This document shows positions 39,001-51,000 of a DNA stretch of 64,000 nucleotides, in pieces; positions within the stretch are counted from its first letter, which is position 1; every line of letters starts with the position of its first letter. Origin of the DNA: Botryllus schlosseri (Eukaryota); NCBI GenBank assembly GCA_051294905.1, contig CM119381.1, forward strand, positions 21,514,001 to 21,578,000, in the 5' to 3' direction. Made by a program: the position numbers and the translations under genes. The notes under the pieces are model-generated. The model did not search any database, was not told the origin of the DNA, and saw only the letters and a list, made by a program, of their open reading frames with translations.

Positions 39001-42000
39001 AACGCATACAAAGACGAGGACGAGGATGTTTTAAGCGCATATTGAACCAAAATGAAGTACGATGACTTGGAAGAGAAATTTACCCGCTGTCAATTCCCCC
39101 ATTCGCCGTTTGTTCTTCTCCATCCAACATATCGATGCGTATGTTGACGGGTTACGTAACCAGTCGGTTTCTTATACAGCTCAGACTTACAGGTCGCCAT
39201 TGGTGACTACGACAAGAATACGGAAAGTATTTCAAGACACGAAAAGAGAATCAACGTGACAGCAGCTTTGCAGCACCCAGGCTACGGAGGGTGAGGACTG
39301 ATGATATGAATACTATTATGATGTGCATATACGTATTTAGCATCAGTAATAGTTTATTATATGTATTTTTAAATATTCTCGCCAATCCGCTCAGAGATGA
39401 GGATAGGTTTTGTCCACCAAGCGGTCTTAACCTTTTGCTTAGAAAGCGTATAACAGGGGTTCTCAAACCGGTACGCGTACCCTCAGTGGTACGTGAAAAA
39501 ATTTTCGGGGGTGATTGAGTTACTTCATTTTTCTGGAGCCGTGACAATTATAATAAATGACAATAACGTTTATGTGACAAGAGATTAAAAAGGTTAAGCT
39601 TACCAAACCCAGCGTTTACTAAGCCCTAAATCACCGTACTGTTATATTGCCGTGCAGCGTTATTCGGCACATCTACATTAACTGTAGGGAATTTATGTTT
39701 CTCTACTGTCGCGGTGATAAGAGTTACTGCGTAACCTACTGTAACTGTTACTGACACCAGAACCGGTGTCTACTGCCTATTTCAATCTTCAGAGTCTGCC
39801 TATGTAAAATGATAAGTAGGCATAGGGACGGATTTAATTGGGGTTGCGTTTAAAACAAAAAACAATTTAAAACAAACATCTTTTAAACATGGTACTTGTT
39901 TAAAACTTGCTTTTAGCCGTGACGTCACGAATCCTTACTTGTGACGTCACGTTGGATTGACATTGACAATTGAAAGTATATATGATATATATCGACATGC
40001 TATAACTGTTGAACCGACGACGATTTGGAGGGTCCCAGCCGCTCCACATCGTATACGTCGACTACATTGGGTGCAAATCGTTCACAGGCTTCGTATGTTT
40101 TTAGAAAGTATTTTACACAACAGCTTCTTGGAAGTACATAACTTCAATATACAATTGTATAGTATATTCTTATTGAAATGAACCCGAATATTTTCGGCTG
40201 ACACTCGTCAGGGGTAATCGTCAGCAACTAGTAGAGAATTCAAAAGAACATCGTATATCAACAATCGTAGCACAACATATGGCGTCACCAACATGAAATG
40301 TTGAATACGAGAGCGTTCAATGTACTATTTTTAGATGATACACGAACTCTTTTTGTTGACACAGCCTTGGCTGGTGTATTTTGATGAAAGTCGACTCCAA
40401 GGCACACAAGTGAAAGTGTGAACGACCCTTAGGGGTGTGTGGAGAGTCTTTCATTCACCCCTGCACTTACAGTTGTGACTTGTGAGCATGGTTTTCAAGC
40501 ATTTGTGCAATTGTGCATGTTGAAGAAGAGATTTCGTGCCATAGTTTTCGTTGAATATAATTCACGTGTGTACCTTTCCAAGAGATTTCCAAGAATATAT
40601 TTACTCGTGGAGCAGGGTCAAGCTCATCCATTACATTGAGATGATGCTTCAAGACGTATTCTGTCGTGTTTGTCTTTAAATTGCGTGTGTTTCATGCAAC
40701 ATTATTTTTAGGGGGTACGCCATGCATGCAGATAATTCAAAAGGGTAGGAAGTTGAATAAGTTTGAGAATCCCTGGTGCGCAGCGTCTACATGTATTAGG
40801 AAATTTAAATGCGGAGGCCAGACCGTTATACGACCACTCCATCACGGAATTCTACCCCATTCATTTACAAATCTGATCGCAAATTAAAATAACATCGCGA
40901 TTATTTTTCGTTGGGCGCATAAAGATCTGAACGCAACGACATAGCATTTCTGAGACTAGAAGAACCAGTTGACCTCACTTCAAAATGGTATAAACCGGTA
41001 TGTTTACCACCGAAAGGGGAGATGATACCTCCAGTGGGTGCAACATGCATCATTACAGGCTGGGGTATGACTGGTAAGTATATAATAATCTACAGCAGAA
41101 TTGCTATCAACTCATATGAAATATGATAATCCTAAATCCCGGTACACATGCTAGCCTAGTGGTACTTTCGAATGCTATAATGTGGTGGATTATATGTGTC
41201 TTTCAATTATAGAATCTCTCACTCTTAAATGTCCGTTTTTCATCTTCGCGGTCGCCAATTGATAGTCATATATTCAGTGCTGGCGAACTAAAATTCATAA
41301 TGTCTTGATAAAATCCAAACAAAATATAATTATCAAAGTATGCATATCATTATCAGGCCCAAAGTTCTATTGTCTATATATGTTAGAGACTATGTTAGGT
41401 CAGTAACGAAGGACTTCTACTTTTTGGAAGTACTGAAGTAGTTTTCCCCTACTTCTGGTACTTACTCAAGTAGATCTGATTTTCTCTACTTCTACTTCTA
41501 CTTCGTAATTATTTGTGATTTACTTACTTACTTTTCTCTATTTTCAGTTTGTCAAGTAGAAGTAGTTTAATCCCCCAATACGAAAGGTAGCCTGAGGAAT
41601 CTTGGGGCTGTTTTCACGTAGTACCAACATTTAATATTCATTAAAGTCAAATAAAGCTCAAAAATTTTGTTGCGCTTCGCGCACAGTAGTTATGGAGCAG
41701 AGGTCTCAAACTCAAATGTGCTCGCGGGCCAATTTCCTACTTTTTGCTGGCGCCGCGGGCCGCAGCGCCAATAATAGGGGAATACCAAGGTCAAATTAAA
41801 TCAGCGTTAGATTTATCTTCGAATATTGTAACAGATCTATAACAACTTGAATATAATGATTACTGTGCTATTGGAATAGAAATGTCCAATCGCCGAGAAA
41901 TTCCTTTGTGTTACAGCTGTGAAGCGTAGGCTACGACTACTCGTCACAATAATTGACAATGATAACGTGGATAAAGATAGTCTACCCATTATGACACAGG

Positions 42001-45000
42001 ATGTAACCAACTATAAATCAAGAGGACAACATCATGCCAATGGTTGCCATACCGACCTACTGAGATATCTAAAGGACCTACGACACGCGAGCTACGACCT
42101 TTCGGTATTTTACTATTTTCCATACCAGTTTGATAGTTTCTTGCGTCCGTGGTTGTACAAAGTCACGGCGTTCCGCGTCACAATAGTCCTTCTCTATTTG
42201 TATCTTTTCACGCGACTCAACTCGAGTCATTTTTATTTTATCAGCTATTGAGTCCGAATTCGAGTAATTCTACAAAAGGTCGGCCCAAGTACAAATCACA
42301 ATTTTCAGTGCGAATCATCAAGATGTTTAACCATCATAAAGAAGTAACGTCACGTAATGGGTAAATTTCCACTGCGTTGTAACTTTAGAAGTGATGCGAT
42401 AGTGAAGTTTGAGGAGTAGTTTCTGGCTTATGGAGTAGTTTTAGAGCGAATTTTTAGTTCTCAAATTAAAAAAATGGTACTTAAATATTGACGAATACTT
42501 CGAAATCCAAAATGCCGTCGCGGGCCGCACAAAATGGTCTCGAGGGCCGCATGCGGCCCGCGGGCCGTGTGTTTGAGACCTCTGTTATGGAGTGACGAAT
42601 CTGTTTTCACGAAAGTATCAGTGAATATCATTTAGGTATCGGATTGCTTGGTTCCGCTCAAAACGCATTGTCGCCCATATCAAATATTTAATCACAATAA
42701 ATACGGCCCACCATAACGTTTGAAACTACAGTTTCGTAATCTAGCAATTACCTATCATATCGTAATCTAGCAGCCCATTAAGTGTCTTGCTAATCTGAAA
42801 AATCCAGCGTTTTTTAACGTTATACCTGTTTTTAGCAGATCACCTTTAAAGCTTTATGGACAAAAAACATAAAATATATTTTTCTGCTTTTTAGAAGAGG
42901 TGTATGTATTTCCCTTTCAATTGTGAGTATCATACTTTGAGTTCTGATTACTTTCAGTTCTTTTGTCTGCAGAACATACACTTTGAAGCATGAAAGCAAG
43001 TGTAGAAATGCCTCTATTTTCCGAAAATAGACCTACACTAAATATAACTTTTACGATCCACAATATTTGTTATTAACGTATACTAATCGCGTAAAGTGAT
43101 AAAACCCTATCCTATACAACTTCTACGTATTGCTCTTCACCTAAACAGGGGGCCTTATAATAGCGGGTAGGGTGCTATGCCATGATATTCTCTAAAACGG
43201 GATCTTCTAGTAAATATAGGGTTAGTATCCCATTTTCATGTCAATACTATAATCCCATGATGCGAAAAAATGTTTATTCTGTCCAAAATTTATACCTCCT
43301 GGGATGCATCAATACGATTCAAGCTCTATGCACCTTCCGCATAGCTCAATTCGCAGCTTTTGATACTTTTGACAGTCCATGCGAACGAATTAGGACTGTT
43401 TTCACAACTACTACTTACTTACTTGAGTAGATTTAAAGTCAGTCAATTCTACTTCTACTTCAAGTAGTTTTAGGTTGCTTATTGAAGAATTAATTCTACT
43501 CGGACTTGAGTAGATTTTTCGTTGCTACTTGTACTTCTACTTGAGTAGCTTTCTTGACGACTTTGACCACCTCTGGTTGGAGAGATACGAAGCTGTTGGT
43601 CCGCGTAGGTGACAGGTTGGCGCGTAGTAACGGCGGTTCCTTATTGCCACAGGGCCAACCCGGGAATTGAATACGCCAGATATTTTGCAGCAAGTTCAAG
43701 TGAGGGTCTTGAACGACAGTGCATGCCAAACCGGGTTCGAATTTTTCGACAAAGGCGACACCACGCTCATTTGCCTAGGTCACATCGACCGGGACTTGGG
43801 TGCCTGTTTTGTAAGTATATACCGTAGGTAATATGTTATCCATCAGGATTAGGTTCTGAATATGAAATATCCAGGGAGACTCCGGCGGACCGCTGCAATG
43901 CCAGCATGGTGGAACGTGGGTGCAATATGGAATCGCATCGTTTATTACTGGGACATGTGGATTCCGTTCATTCTATGAAAGAGTGTCCCTTCATATTGAT
44001 ATGATAGAAGAAGGTACGCATATATAGATATTCTCTTACATGGTAGAGTTGAAAGACACTATAACAATGATACGATACGAATCTCTAGATGGTACAGACT
44101 ACAAACCTTAGATTCTGAACATATTCTGATTCGCAGGAACACGATTAAAGATTTTTATATAAAGTTCGCTTCGAACACGAACATTAGCATGAATATATGA
44201 CATCATGTTACGTAGTAATGTTAATTCAAACGCAAATCGCTGCTGCATTCCTATATATACAGTATACACTAGTGGTCGGGAACCTATGGCTCGCAAGCCA
44301 TATATGGCTTTTTGGGCATAATATATGGCTCTTTGCGAAATTTTTAGTTTTTTTGCCTGAATAATCAATATTGCAGCAACTTGGTAATACATCTTAAGCT
44401 TGAGCAGTATAATTATTTTGCGGGAGTGTAAACATGTCTTTGAGAGGTTGATACAGTGGCGTATTCAGGGTTAGGGGCTCGGACCCCCTTTTCAAAATCC
44501 TCAAATTTAAGTTGCTGCCGCCCCGGCGACCAATATCACTCGCAAATTCGATGTGCCCGGTACAAAATCTTGAATTGCACGATGCATTCACTGATTAAAG
44601 AGACTAGTAGACGTGGCGGCGCCTGTAGCTCAATGCAGTTATCAAATATACATTGTCTTTCTGATCTCCGGCGGGAAATAAACCGCGGCGGAAGTGACAT
44701 TCACAATTACAAATTCAAACTACAAACAACGCCACAGCTATTCACGTTCTTGATTGATAACGTAGCTTTGTATAGTCGCTGTTAAAATGTAGGCGTGTTG
44801 CGCAAATACTGCCGCCAAATACTTGAGAATTGAATCGGAACCAGCGCGACAATTGCCTTCGAATAATATCAGTACATACATTCTATGATATTTACGATGT
44901 ATTGCGCTATCACAATGGCTTAACCTTCGTTTCGAACATTATTTTCCAACAATAAAGAGGAAATTTGCGTGATTTTTGTAGTAAAAATCTTCAAAATCTA

Positions 45001-48000
45001 GTAGACAAGCGAGTCACTGCCTCACTTGTCACCCCTGACCTCACGTCACTGACGCATCACAAATGTGTACTTGCACTAATGTTTAGTGACCAAGTTTGGT
45101 TCCACATACGTATGCCATCATGGGTCCTCGCATTTAAGAATAGCATCAGGACGAACTTACGATCTCGTAAAACTGAAGAAAATCTCAAATTTTGTATGAA
45201 GCTTAACCTTAACAATTATCAACCATACTAAAAAGCCACCAGGAATACCATGCGACACCAAACGACGCATTAACTGTAAAACACGCGTTGAAAGTAGATC
45301 AATACTTTTATTGTTGTCTATGGTTCTGTTGTAAATCTAAATGTTATTCGTCTTAAGCTTCGGAAAATACCATATGCCTCACAGTGCAATAAAATTAAAA
45401 TATATTACTTGCAAAATAATTATGCAGCTCAAGTTTGGCATATTCATTATTCAAATGAGGCAACCAGCATCATTATTACGAGTTTTTACGGAGAAAATAC
45501 GGTGCAAACGACGAATCCCATGTAGTGATGTCGAATTTGCGCTACCATGACGTCACGATTTTTTAATTCTGGCGTAGTAGATGATTGACATGTATGGCTC
45601 TTTCGGAGGTAAAACGATAAATATACGGTCATTATGGCTCTTCGGACGGAAAAGGTTCCCAACCACTGTTATTCACCTAGTCTCTACACTACAAGCTATT
45701 GTCTGAGTAGTAGTGATTATTCTTACGCTTGGTGTCGTTCTAAATGCCACTCATGAGGATGTGAATGGAGCAGCTAATGTTCTATCATGATATTATTTCA
45801 ATTTATGTTGGTAAAGTTTTATCAGAATCAGAGGTTCGTATAAGATGCACTGCACAATTGCCACTAATTCGTGCCCAATACTGCTGCCCAGAGGATCTTC
45901 GGAACACAGGAAACAATTTGCACCACGTGGTCCAAATACAGTTTGAGTTTGCATCTCATATGGCTCATAGAACCTTTAAACGTTTTGCCAATGCGGGCCT
46001 CTGAATTATAACGTTACGAATACCGAACACAAAGGTGAACCGAGCGTCAGTCAGTCAGTCAGTCAGTATGCTTTTATTCATCTCACCAACAAACACATGT
46101 AAATTGGTATAGATTGGGAGACGACGGGGGACCGGTAGGTCTTAGAATCAGTCGCCACCCAGCGGAGTTATATATGAGTAAATATGGCAAGATCAATACT
46201 AACGAACTTATGACAGTTAACCAATGGACATAAAAATAAACAACAGATAAAAGTCATGGAAGCGTTATAGTCTATACTGCATGCAGTCGGTTCATATAAC
46301 CGTATCCACATCATATTGGTAGAGTGTTTATGGCGTCAAAATAACATGAACGCTGCGTGTCGAACAGCTACCACTCAACAGGCCATTCTCTCGGTAAATG
46401 GCGGATCGACCCTAAATATTATTTGGTTTACTTTTGACACCAAGATACAGCATACACGCTCACGTATGGTGCCAAATTTTCCACTCCCATTCCATGTATG
46501 TATAGTTTTATATTTTTATTGTTATATTTATGAAATGTTGCGTGCTCAGCATTGAGAGGCATAGATGCTGACCACATGTGTTAAAATAGTACGCGCAGCA
46601 GCAGTGTCTGAGCCTATGATATGCGCCTATATATTAATATAATATTCTGATTATTTATTATATCTACAGTGATCAATGACGTCCAAAGTGAGTATGCTGC
46701 GATATACCTCTCAGATCCTTTTTACAGTAACGCTGGTTCTCTTCTAATTGTCTTTATTTCATGAAATGAAGTATGTTCTGAGCTCGATATAATCGAAGAC
46801 ACAGAAGAAGGTGTGATTGTGCCGCCAATATTCGCTGGACGATATTTAGACTCGACTCAATGCAGTTGGCTCATACGCGGAAAACCGAACACAGTAAGTG
46901 TAGACCATATTAGGTGGTCAAAATTTTGTCGTGGTGCGGATGAACATCCATTACAAATAATTGTGCTGTAATCGAAAGAGAGTCCAATATCATTGAAATG
47001 CAATTAATTGCAACCATCCTAACCCATGAGTACACCCGTGGCCTTCGATAAGTTTCCGTAGGCCCCGTGCACCTTTGCGGCTGGGCAATCTGTAACTCAT
47101 TTTAAATCGCAGCAAACAATACATTCATATTGCCCAAATTTATTCCACTCGAAGCGTTTCGACTGACTCTGATCAGGGGCGAACGTCAGTAATCAGTATA
47201 CGGTTAATCAAATTCGAAATATAAAAAAGAATTTTGTTGTTGTGACGTAATAATGACAATTACACAGAGTCGCGACGACAAAATTATTTCTATATTTCGA
47301 ATTTGATTAACCGCATTTACACTACTGACGTTCGCCCCTGATGAGAGTAAGTTGGAAAACTTCGAGTGGAATAAATGTGGCAATATCAACGTATTGGTTG
47401 CTGCAATATTGAAGTTCTACTTCTCAAATCCTATTCATTTTATATCCCACACCGACTGCGTTTGCTGTGTAAGCGGTTATTGACAGCTGCGATATCGCAA
47501 TCGATTTTATTCAAGATCGTATGCAGTGGTATGTTGTAAAATTCTATCGCGGACTTACAGGTGATTGAAATACGATTCGAGTTCTTTGACTTGAAAGATT
47601 GTAATTACGATGTGGACGATTTTGTGAGCATTTACGATGGCAACTCGACATCAGCAAGACAGGTACAAATTATGATGTTCCAGTAGGCCTATATATAGAC
47701 CATAGTTCTGCATTCTCTGTGCACAGGCAGTGGGCCTACATGCTTGATAATTTGGCATCGAATATTTGCCTCAGCTATAAACAACTAGACTATGACCTGG
47801 GCCTAGGACGAAACTATTGGTTCCGCTTTGGTAATCCAAATTGTTGACTTTTGAATTTTCCTTTTATTTACGGGGTTTGCACCCCTGAATGGTTTTGGGT
47901 CGCGTGAACGCGAACTTTTTAAAAGGTTCTATGTGAATGCGGACGTAAACACGAACTTCTTGTGACGTCATATTGCTCATTTCAACACTACTTTTCCGTA

Positions 48001-51000
48001 AAGTAATATATTAATGTACGCGATACCTAGTGACGACTAGGGCCATATTATGCCACTATGCTGAAGTACACGCCGACTTATTAAGCATCGTCAATTATAT
48101 CAATTTGAACAGTCAGATGTTATATTAATTCCTTGAAATCAATATCTCCCCTGGCTTTGTCAACAATTTTTCAACAAGGACTTGCAAGGGAATATACGCA
48201 TACGCCTCAACGGTCTAGGCTAGAATGGACAATGAATTCGTTAGGCGTCATATTGTTGCTATACAAAACCGTGGCCTCCTTGATAGGACGGATTTGGTTT
48301 ACGATACAATAACGATCATAATAAGGCATGATAGAGCCCGGACATCTGCTAGATATGTTACATTAGAAAACGATGCATTCTTTATACCAATGTCCTTGAT
48401 GTAAAAAATGATTCATTGAATAAGCCCAATGTCTTTTCGTTTTTGAAGTTGTGTGATTGCGGGTCAGGTTCACAGCAGAGAGTCACTAATTATTTACAAA
48501 CGCAAAGCTGAATATTTTGGGAATATTTTTTTAACAAACCAATTAAGTTTTATAAAATTGGCAATGCCCATTCTCGTTTAGTGCAACGTTTCTTTTTGTT
48601 TGCTGTCAGCGCCATGCATTTCAACTAAACATGTTAAAATAACGTGACTAATTGAAATGGACATTTATGAAAAAGATTCACCGTGTAGAGCAAAAGCAAA
48701 CCTTTACATATCTGAGGCTCACACACCGAGAGAGAACATGCAGCTCACATTCGCAGCTTACCTCTAGTTCGAAGGATAGCATGCAGCGTAGAATTAGAGT
48801 TTTTTTTCAAGCTTACACAAGGGAATTAGGACCTGAAAATCACCTCAAGATTGATTTCCATTTAAACTTAATAAAGGTTTACGACACGTTACTGTGTGGG
48901 AGCGAGGAGAGCATCAGAGGGTTTGAGTCCAGCTCAAATGAAGCTCTAATCACGTTTCACTCGGGCGGCTCTCCGGGTGGTCAGGGGTTCAAAATCAACT
49001 GGAATATTGTAGGTGAGTTCGTGACTCTCACTTATAAGTAGATGCAAGAGGGTCAGCTTTGGATTGTAGGCAGCCTATTTATACAAAGCTAGGGTTGTAT
49101 ATAAAACAAAAATCAGTATGAAACAGACATGTTTAAAACATGGCCCTTGTTTGAAACATGTTTATATTGTTGTTTTTTGAGCCTTTTTAGCCATGACGTC
49201 ACGAATCTTTAATTGTGACGCCGCCGCGGATTGATATTGAGAATTGAAAATATAGGGTAACTAACTATAGTGCTCCTTGATGAAAAAGGCCTCCGACCCC
49301 CATCTCAAACGGACCAAAAATATATTGGACCAGGACTAGATCGTTATGCAGTATTTTTACGGATGACGGTCATCATCATCAGAACATCCCTTCCGTACAA
49401 ATGACATTGCTTTCCGTGGTATAACTGTCGAGCGGTTGCAAACATTCCCTATCGTATACGTTTACCATATCGGGTGCAAGTCGTCCGTAGGCTCGTACTA
49501 CGTGTTTTATCGAAAGTAATTACACATTGATCGCAAAGTTACACGACTCTATAAAAGATAGTTAAATTATACATACCATCGGTAATAGAATACCATTCAA
49601 TACTACATATTACAATTTTGATTGTTCTGATCAGTGATAGTATGATGACGTGTACCTCCTCGTTTCTACCTACTCCTTGACACCATTTCCTTGAGTAATT
49701 AAAATCTTTTTCCTCTACTCCCAATCCATACTTCAAGTAGTTTTGATAATTTTGAAAGTCCATACTTCTACATGTAATTAAGTACAGATTTTTGCAATTA
49801 CATCGACTTGTGTATCGTCACTGACTGCTCCAGCCACCTCACGAAAACCATACTAGTATAAAAATCTACCATTAAACTAATTCATTCGCAAATAAGCTGG
49901 AGAGCGCCTAATGTAAGTAATCTGACTTATACTCAGATGTGGTCAAAGTATTAATCATTGGTACTCAAGCAAAGGTAGTAGAAACGTGTTAAATATCTAT
50001 TCTAGTACAAGTAGAAAGCAGGGATGTTCAAGTTAGAAAAAAAGTAAATATTATAGGACTGGGTTTGGTTAATAAACTGGAATCTGATAAGTAGTAGACG
50101 TATAATTTAAAATCATAACCACTTGACTAAGAAGTGCTATGAAGCAAAAACCTACTTTAGTACGTCGCGATGTAGAGGTATTTCGTCACTGACCCCTCGG
50201 CTTGTAATACCACTAATGTTGAATTGTGTGGTCTACAAAATCATCAGAGTTTACCCATCTCAAATAGACGCAGACTGATCCATTTCTTTAAACTGTGTTT
50301 CTGTAAATTTCGTTGTGCGATTTTACTGCGAGAACACACTGATTCCGCCCGATTTCAGAGGACTGCTCGCCTGATCAATTCCGCTGCTGGAGCGGTGAAT
50401 CTTGCCTCGACGGCTCCCTACAATGCGACGGAAAGTCAGACTGCGCCGATGGGAGCGACGAAAAAGAATGCAGTGGGTAGCCCGCACTCATGCTACCGTA
50501 ACATGCTCACACCTTATTCATTGCACATTTCAGCGACCGACGACGGAGAGTGCGGAAAACAAGACATCGCTCCTGAATTTTTGTGGGTACGTTTTCGATC
50601 GAATCGACTCGTGAATTTGGCTTCATTCAGTCTCGAATTTATAGCACGCCAGAATCGTCGGCGGACACTTGGCGAAAAACGGCTCGTGGCCGTTCGTTGC
50701 GCAAATAGAAACTACTGCTCTTGGAGACTTCTTGTGCGCCGGTACCATCGTCAACGACCGATGGGTTCTCACGAGCGCCACTTGCGTGGATTCACAATTT
50801 GCGTAAGTATGTGTATGTGTGTGTAAATAGAAGAAGTCGACACCAAGTCAAAGCCAAAGACAAAGTATTCAGCATTGATACTCAATTCGAAGTAGTAGCC
50901 ATTTCTAAGGTATGTCAAAAGTACTTCAAGCGGAAGTAGAAATTGAAAGGTATGTTGCAAGTGGGGCCTATACATGAGTAAGTACTTTCTAAAACTATTG

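Larger units (their letters stand above)
47109..47434 (+). mobile_element. Hairpin insertion of a second Penelope-like pseudo-LTR family
   Basis: Inverted arms 47109-~47246 and ~47269-47404, plus a 30-nt 3' tail resembling that of family 1 (aatattgaagttct). Flanked by tcattttaaatc/tcattttatatc (12-bp TSD, 1 mismatch). No ORF is present, so the assignment rests on architecture and the ribozyme motif. Confidence 0.65.

Noticed and set aside
39454-40775. caggggttctcaaac (39454) and gtttgagaatccctg (40775) as the two ends of one element
   Set aside because: Flanking 8-mers (gcgtataa versus gtgcgcag) do not match and the interior is a patchwork of other families, so these are treated as unrelated fragments.
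50224-50826. 200-aa ORF as a separate gene
   Set aside because: It is a chance read-through of exons 33-35 and their short introns. Only the linker-3 peptide ([16 protein letters not shown]) is in the true frame.
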